A stretch of 64,000 nt of DNA from an uncultured Desulfurococcales archaeon (GTDB taxonomy: Archaea; Thermoproteota; Thermoprotei_A; EX4484-217-1). Below are positions 59,164-64,000 of this stretch, one piece after another. The stretch's first letter is position 1; each line of letters opens with the position of its first letter. The notes beneath the pieces are model-generated. The model did no database searches and was not told the origin of the DNA. It saw only the letters and a program-made list of their open reading frames with translations. Location of the stretch: the NCBI GenBank assembly GCA_964406965.1, contig CAYOTT010000001.1:65699-129698 (forward strand), given 5' to 3'. The translations under genes and the position numbers were made by a program.

Positions 59164-59895
59164 CTAGATTTTTAAATTCTCGGGAAGCTGGACTATAGTC
59201 TGCACTGGAATGTTTATTTCCTTCTTCCAACTATCGCCTATGGCTACTAAAACTACTGCACCACTTATTATAGCTTTGACTTTTTCAATAATTCTTACCA
59301 TAGTCCTTAATGTTTTCCCTGTTCTAATAATATCGTCTATTATAAGCACTTCATCCTTTCTTTTAATCATTCTCTTTGGAACGTAGAAAGTAACAATGTC
59401 TGCTGATGGAGCTATATATGATCCTTCAATATAGTCAATAGCGTTAATATGTCTTGTTCTTCTAGCAATAACCAGTGGTACTTGAAATGTTAAAGATATT
59501 GCTGCAGCTAATGGTATACCATTAACTGCTGGTGCAAGTATTTTTGTTACTCTTTTTCCAGCGAACATCATGTAAACATGTTGTGCTATGTATTGTAACA
59601 TGTAAGGATCTGATAGTATTTGTGAAAGGTCTACGAATCCCTCCCCTGTTATTTCAAGTTTTTCTAGAATAAGTTTTCTAATATCAACCATTCTATTTAA
59701 TGCATTCCATATTCTTTCTGCTTGATCGTAACTTGGAATAATAGATCCCTTAATATATCTACAAAGCACTGTTTCCGGAACGCCAGTAATTGAAGACAAC
59801 TCCTTGTACGAGAACATTCTTTTAAGAAGTTTTAACCTCTCAATTACCATGAGACGAAATCTCAATGCCTCGTATTTATCTGCGGATATGCTCAT
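59164..59895 (-). CDS. HTH plus phosphoribosyltransferase-like domain protein (GfcR / PyrE-like regulator family).
   Basis: N-terminal HTH; PRTase signature VLIIDDIIRTGKT. Confidence 0.6.
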   Translation of the reverse strand: MSISADKYEALRFRLMVIERLKLLKRMFSYKELSSITGVPETVLCRYIKGSIIPSYDQAERIWNALNRMVDIRKLILEKLEITGEGFVDLSQILSDPYMLQYIAQHVYMMFAGKRVTKILAPAVNGIPLAAAISLTFQVPLVIARRTRHINAIDYIEGSYIAPSADIVTFYVPKRMIKRKDEVLIIDDIIRTGKTLRTMVRIIEKVKAIISGAVVLVAIGDSWKKEINIPVQTIVQLPENLKI

Positions 59896-59994
59896 GTTCT
59901 TTCCCTTAACTTTCAGCTTTTTCTAATAATTTTTCAACACAGATTTAAAAATCTTTTTTAATATGTCAGTAATGCGGGAAAACCATCATCAATA

Positions 59995-60249
59995 TCAGGT
60001 CCGAGTGCCTTCATCACCATATAATTTCTTTTCTAACCCTGCCTCTTTAGCTTTATAGTACTTCACTAACAAGTGAGCTTCATATGAGCTTCTAGCGTAA
60101 GCTAGCGCTTTTAGCTCATAAACTTTAAGCTTCCTTCCACAGTAAGTGCATAACTTAGTTTTCTGTTTAATCTTAACTACAAGGATGTTTTTACAGTAAG
60201 GGCATTTCACTATCTTATATTCATAAGCTATGCTCATTTTCACAATCAC
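59995..60249 (-). CDS. Zinc-ribbon protein.
   Basis: CPYC...CTYC. Confidence 0.4.
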   Translation of the reverse strand: MIVKMSIAYEYKIVKCPYCKNILVVKIKQKTKLCTYCGRKLKVYELKALAYARSSYEAHLLVKYYKAKEAGLEKKLYGDEGTRT

Positions 60250-60349
60250 TTATAGCTTCTTAGTAATTAATATTTATTTAGGAGGATGGATGAAGAGGGA
60301 TTTAAGTACTGATATGTTGATGACAAACCCACGCGACGACATCCTCGCT

Positions 60350-61819
60350 TTAAACTTTAAATTCACCTCTTTTGACTTTCTCAAGCATCTCTAATACTAT
60401 CCTATGTGTTATTTCGGGATCAGCCTTTCCTCCAGTTTTACGCATGACTTGACCTATCAGATAATGTATTGCTTTCTTATTAACTAATGCGTCATGAACT
60501 GATTTCTTATGTTCAACAAATACCTGCTTAACTACCTCCCTAATAATGTTCTCGTCTGATATTTTTAGTAAATTCTTTTCCTTAATTATTTGATAAGGAT
60601 GTTTACCATACACTATTATTTCGGGAAGTATTTTCTTCAATATTTTAATACTTATTACCTTCTCATCAAGTAACTTTAAGAGTTCAGCAATATGTTGAGG
60701 TGTAGCTTTAACTTCACTATGGCTTAAACCTTTATCGTGAATCCATCTTAAGAAGTCATTTATTAGTATGTTAGCAAGTTTCTTAGGATCTTTATCATAG
60801 TATTTTAAGGTCTCCTCAAAAAAGTCTGCTAACCACTTGTTAGAAACTAAAACTAACGAATCATACTCAGTAAGTCCGTAGGTTTCCATGAATCTCTTGG
60901 CTCTAACATCGGGAAGTTCTGGCATAGATTCACGAATCTTTTCTATGTAATCACGAGTTATCACTATCGGCGGTATGTCAGCTTCTGGGAAGTATCTGTA
61001 ATCTTGCTCTTCCTCCTTTACCCGTAAGGGAACAGTAACTTTCCTTAAGTCATCCCAATGTCTTGTTTCACTTTTAATGCTGAGCCCTTTAGAAATAGCT
61101 TGTTTCTGCCTAATAATTTCATAAGCTAGCGCTTTTTCTACATCTTTAGGAGAACTTATATTCTTAATTTCAACTCTATTTCCACCAGCTATAGAGATGT
61201 TAGCATCAGCTCTCATGGAGCCTTCTAATTCACAATTACATACACCTAAATGCTCAAGTATGGACCTTAACTTATTTAAGAAAGCTCTTGCTTCAGCTGG
61301 ACTACTCATATCAGGTTCAGTAACTATTTCAAGAAGAGCTATACCTGATCTATTATAATCAACTAAGGTGTACGGGCTTGTCATTATAGAACCTGTTGGA
61401 TAAACAAGTTTCCCGGGGTCTTCTTCAATATTGATTCTTCTAATTCTAATTCTTTTCTCTTTGCCGTTAATGGTTATTTTTAAGAATCCTCCAATAGCTA
61501 TAGGAGCTCCGCCTGCTTTATCATATTGTGTTATTTGGAAGTTCTTTGGTAAGTCAGGATAAAAATAGTGTTTCCTAAAGAAGATTATTTTTTCATTCAC
61601 TTTAGAATTTAAGGCTAAAGCCACCATTATTGCATAATCTATTGCCCTCTTATTAACTACGGGCAATGCTCCAGGAAGGCCTAAACATACAGGACATACA
61701 TGCGTGTTTGGAGGTTTTCCACGATAATCTGATGAACATGAGCAAAAGAGCTTTGTTTTTAAAGTCGTCAATTGTACATGTACTTCTAAACCTATTTTAA
61801 TATCACCTGACGTTTCCAT
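60350..61819 (-). CDS. gatB: Aspartyl/glutamyl-tRNA(Asn/Gln) amidotransferase subunit B.
   Basis: GLEVHVQL start and a GatB/YqeY C-terminal domain. Confidence 0.9.
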   Translation of the reverse strand: METSGDIKIGLEVHVQLTTLKTKLFCSCSSDYRGKPPNTHVCPVCLGLPGALPVVNKRAIDYAIMVALALNSKVNEKIIFFRKHYFYPDLPKNFQITQYDKAGGAPIAIGGFLKITINGKEKRIRIRRINIEEDPGKLVYPTGSIMTSPYTLVDYNRSGIALLEIVTEPDMSSPAEARAFLNKLRSILEHLGVCNCELEGSMRADANISIAGGNRVEIKNISSPKDVEKALAYEIIRQKQAISKGLSIKSETRHWDDLRKVTVPLRVKEEEQDYRYFPEADIPPIVITRDYIEKIRESMPELPDVRAKRFMETYGLTEYDSLVLVSNKWLADFFEETLKYYDKDPKKLANILINDFLRWIHDKGLSHSEVKATPQHIAELLKLLDEKVISIKILKKILPEIIVYGKHPYQIIKEKNLLKISDENIIREVVKQVFVEHKKSVHDALVNKKAIHYLIGQVMRKTGGKADPEITHRIVLEMLEKVKRGEFKV

Positions 61820-61830
61820 GGGCCACCCTC

Positions 61831-63309
61831 TTAAATTTTTGCTATGAGATTTCTTAGTCCAGTTAATTTCTCAATAAAAGCAGCTATAGACAATAAAAGA
61901 TCTTCTCTGAGATGATCAGCCATAAGCTGTATTCCTACAGGCAAATTGCCGCTAACAAAACCTGCTGGAAGCGATATTGCAGGAATCCCTACAATGTTTG
62001 CGACAACTGTTTCTACATCACTCATATACATTGCGAGAGGATCTTTTATTTTCTCACCTATTTTGAAAGGTGGAGTAGGCATTGTTGGCGAAATTAAAAT
62101 ATTGTATTTTCTAAAAGCATTTTTAAACTCCCTTAATATAAGGGTTCTAACTTTTAAAGCCTTTAAATAATATTGGTCAAAATATCCTGCACTTAAAGTA
62201 AAAGTGCCCATAATTATTCTCCTTTTAACCTCCTTTCCGAAACCCTCTTTGCGGGTTTCTGAAAATACCTCATTCCAGTTTCCCGAGATTTTAGCTCTAA
62301 AACCATAACGTATGCCATCGTATCTAGCTAGGTTTGAACTTGCTTCAGACATAGCTATAATGTAATATGCGGGTAAAGCATATTTTATTATTGGAATTGA
62401 TATTTCGTCTACTAAGAATCCTTCGCTAACTAATTTATTAACAACGTTCTTCACTATTAAAGCAACATCTTTACTTACACCTTCCTCAAACATTTCCTTA
62501 ACTAAAGCTACCCTTACTTTTCTGTGTAAGTCGTTGACATTATATGTGGATGCTAAATAATTAGGTCTTTTAACGTTAAGCGAAGTAGCATCATTAGGAT
62601 CGTACTTCGCTATTACATTGAGCAGAAGCGCAGTATCTCGAACGCTTCTGCCCATGGGCCCTATTTGTTCTAAACTGTTAGCATAAGCTATTAATCCATA
62701 CCTACTAACTAAGCCGTAAGTCGGCTTCAGACCCACTGTTGCAGTAAAGCTTGCTGGTGCACGAACTGAACCCCCTGTGTCTGAACCTAAAGCCAAAGGT
62801 GCTTCACCAGATGCTAATGCTGCTGCACTTCCTCCCGATGATCCTCCTGGAACCCTACTTAAGTCCCAAGGATTTCTTGTAGGTCCGAAAAAGCTAGTCT
62901 CCGTCGATGACCCCATAGCGAACTCGTCCATGTTTGTTTTACCCAAAATTATCGCTCCCTCTCTCTTCAAAAGTTTAATAACTGTTGCATCATATGGCGG
63001 GACATAGTTGTAAAGCATTTTAGAACCACATGTTGTCCTAATATTTTCCGTTGAAATATTATCCTTCACAGCGACTGGTAATCCAAAAAGAACACTTTTT
63101 GCTTGTCCTCGTCTCAGTACCCCATCTTTCTCCTTCGCTTCCCTTAATATTTCTTCCCTGTCCCTTAAAGTTATAAACGCGTTTATCTTAGTCTCTACTT
63201 TCTCTATTCTTTCCAAGAATTCCTCAACTACTTCGTAAACCCTAAGATTTCCTTCTTTAATGTTTTTAATTAGCTCTAATGCTTCAAGCTCATAAATATG
63301 TTTAGGCAA
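61831..63309 (-). CDS. gatA: Aspartyl/glutamyl-tRNA(Asn/Gln) amidotransferase subunit A (amidase).
   Basis: Amidase signature GGSSGGSAAALA and the Ser-cisSer-Lys region. Confidence 0.9.
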   Translation of the reverse strand: MPKHIYELEALELIKNIKEGNLRVYEVVEEFLERIEKVETKINAFITLRDREEILREAKEKDGVLRRGQAKSVLFGLPVAVKDNISTENIRTTCGSKMLYNYVPPYDATVIKLLKREGAIILGKTNMDEFAMGSSTETSFFGPTRNPWDLSRVPGGSSGGSAAALASGEAPLALGSDTGGSVRAPASFTATVGLKPTYGLVSRYGLIAYANSLEQIGPMGRSVRDTALLLNVIAKYDPNDATSLNVKRPNYLASTYNVNDLHRKVRVALVKEMFEEGVSKDVALIVKNVVNKLVSEGFLVDEISIPIIKYALPAYYIIAMSEASSNLARYDGIRYGFRAKISGNWNEVFSETRKEGFGKEVKRRIIMGTFTLSAGYFDQYYLKALKVRTLILREFKNAFRKYNILISPTMPTPPFKIGEKIKDPLAMYMSDVETVVANIVGIPAISLPAGFVSGNLPVGIQLMADHLREDLLLSIAAFIEKLTGLRNLIAKI

Positions 63310-63321
63310 AATTAATATTCC

Positions 63322-63618
63322 TCATAAGATTTTTGGAGCCCTAAAGTACTCTTTCTCCTTCTCTGAGGCGTTACGAAGAACTTTCTCTAAGGGTAAAGAT
63401 TCTCTAGGAACATCATCCCTAAGGACGTTCGTTAAAAGCGCAGTATGTGTTGTTGGTTCAATGTTCTCCACATTAACTTCATCTATTTCATTGAAAAACT
63501 CAAGAACCCTATTAAGATCCTTTATAAATTCCCTTTTTTCTTCCTCAGTAAGTCTTATTCTTGCAAGCCACGATAAATGCTCAATAAGTTTCTCCGTAAT
63601 CACTATTTTTCTACGCAT
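63322..63618 (-). CDS. gatC: Aspartyl/glutamyl-tRNA(Asn/Gln) amidotransferase subunit C.
   Basis: About 98 aa, directly upstream of gatA on the same strand; GatC-like helical composition. Confidence 0.75.
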   Translation of the reverse strand: MRRKIVITEKLIEHLSWLARIRLTEEEKREFIKDLNRVLEFFNEIDEVNVENIEPTTHTALLTNVLRDDVPRESLPLEKVLRNASEKEKEYFRAPKIL

Positions 63619-63863
63619 ATATTAAGACACCATAGCTTTCAGTTTCTTATTGATCAAATTCTTATTCGCCGATATCTGCTATAAAACTTTATTTTTTAAT
63701 TTCAAAGAATTTGTTGAAACTATTTTAGCGAATCATAAATTCATCTTAAATTTTTTCATAACCTTTAACTATAAGTAATGCTATTACTTCAGAAACATCA
63801 TAGCTGTGAATCTCCTTTACTTTATTAACTAATTTTTCAATTTTTCTTCAAGTGTCTTGGCGA

Positions 63864-64000
63864 TTAATAAGCACTCAAAAGATTCGATTCTACAACTCCT
63901 CCTTTCCATAAATAAACTGAGTGGATATTGCTAACGATGTTTACGCATGCTACAAGTTTATTAATAATAAACTCCTTAGCTCTTTTCCTAGTCTCCTCAA
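63864..64000 (-). CDS. cutA: CutA1 divalent-cation tolerance protein, C-terminal fragment (N-terminus lies beyond the window).
   Basis: Minus-strand translation ...LVACVNIVSNIHSVYLWKGGVVESNLLSAY* matches the CutA AACVNI...SIY.WKG motif. Confidence 0.5.
   Translation of the reverse strand, partial: EETRKRAKEFIINKLVACVNIVSNIHSVYLWKGGVVESNLLSAY

Noticed and set aside
1-64000. CRISPR arrays, IS elements, integrase/att sites, rRNA operons
   Set aside because: Reading the intergenic regions found no regularly spaced direct repeats, no transposase or integrase-like ORFs, and no rRNA-like GC-rich long segments. The direct repeats that were found (39493/39629) are only two copies of 12 bp.

Overview
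This 64 kb window reads as an AT-rich chromosomal segment of a crenarchaeon of the Sulfolobales type. Gene density is high, many genes overlap by a few bp, and TTG/GTG starts are used. Most of it is core housekeeping:

- **Carbon fixation / biotin:** the acetyl-/propionyl-CoA carboxylase trio accC-accB (minus strand) and pccB (plus strand), with the biotin ligase birA beside them.
- **Translation:** gatCAB, methionyl-tRNA synthetase, ribosomal protein L13e, and a tRNA-modification neighbourhood (Taw3, a Trm5/Taw2-family methyltransferase, a tRNA-binding EMAP-domain protein, a PhoH-KH ATPase).
- **DNA replication and repair:** Hjc resolvase (cut at the window edge), endonuclease III, primase large subunit PriL, a PCNA subunit and an Lhr-type helicase.
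- **Polyamine / MTA metabolism:** two pyruvoyl-dependent AdoMetDC/ArgDC paralogs, a PNP-type MTA phosphorylase, a tandem pair of eIF2B-like proteins, a PfkB kinase and an MtaD-like amidohydrolase.
- **Other:** a stomatin-NfeD pair, a small heat-shock protein, geranylgeranyl reductases, a GT2 glycosyltransferase, PfpI, Mrp/ApbC and an Lrp regulator.

The stretches least explained by this housekeeping set:

1. A tight minus-strand cluster of small membrane protein, large polytopic membrane protein, small membrane protein and a membrane-anchored VirB4-like (DEAW) ATPase (35153-38992). It resembles the crenarchaeal Ced DNA-import module. An unusually GC-rich ~86-nt structured element lies immediately downstream.
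2. A second, paralogous membrane-anchored HerA-like (DEAH) ATPase, divergent from the Lhr helicase.
3. A PD-(D/E)xK nuclease fused to a winged HTH with no canonical start codon, 8 bp upstream of a DPP-motif methyltransferase.
4. Two PP-loop (PAPS-reductase-like) paralogs; one is fused to a zinc ribbon and a 2x[4Fe-4S] ferredoxin domain and sits in an operon with a hexapeptide acyltransferase.
5. One canonical C/D box sRNA and two weaker candidates, an inverted repeat bracketing the TATA box of one AdoMetDC paralog, and short exact direct repeats in a divergent promoter region.

No CRISPR array, rRNA or clear tRNA gene was found.
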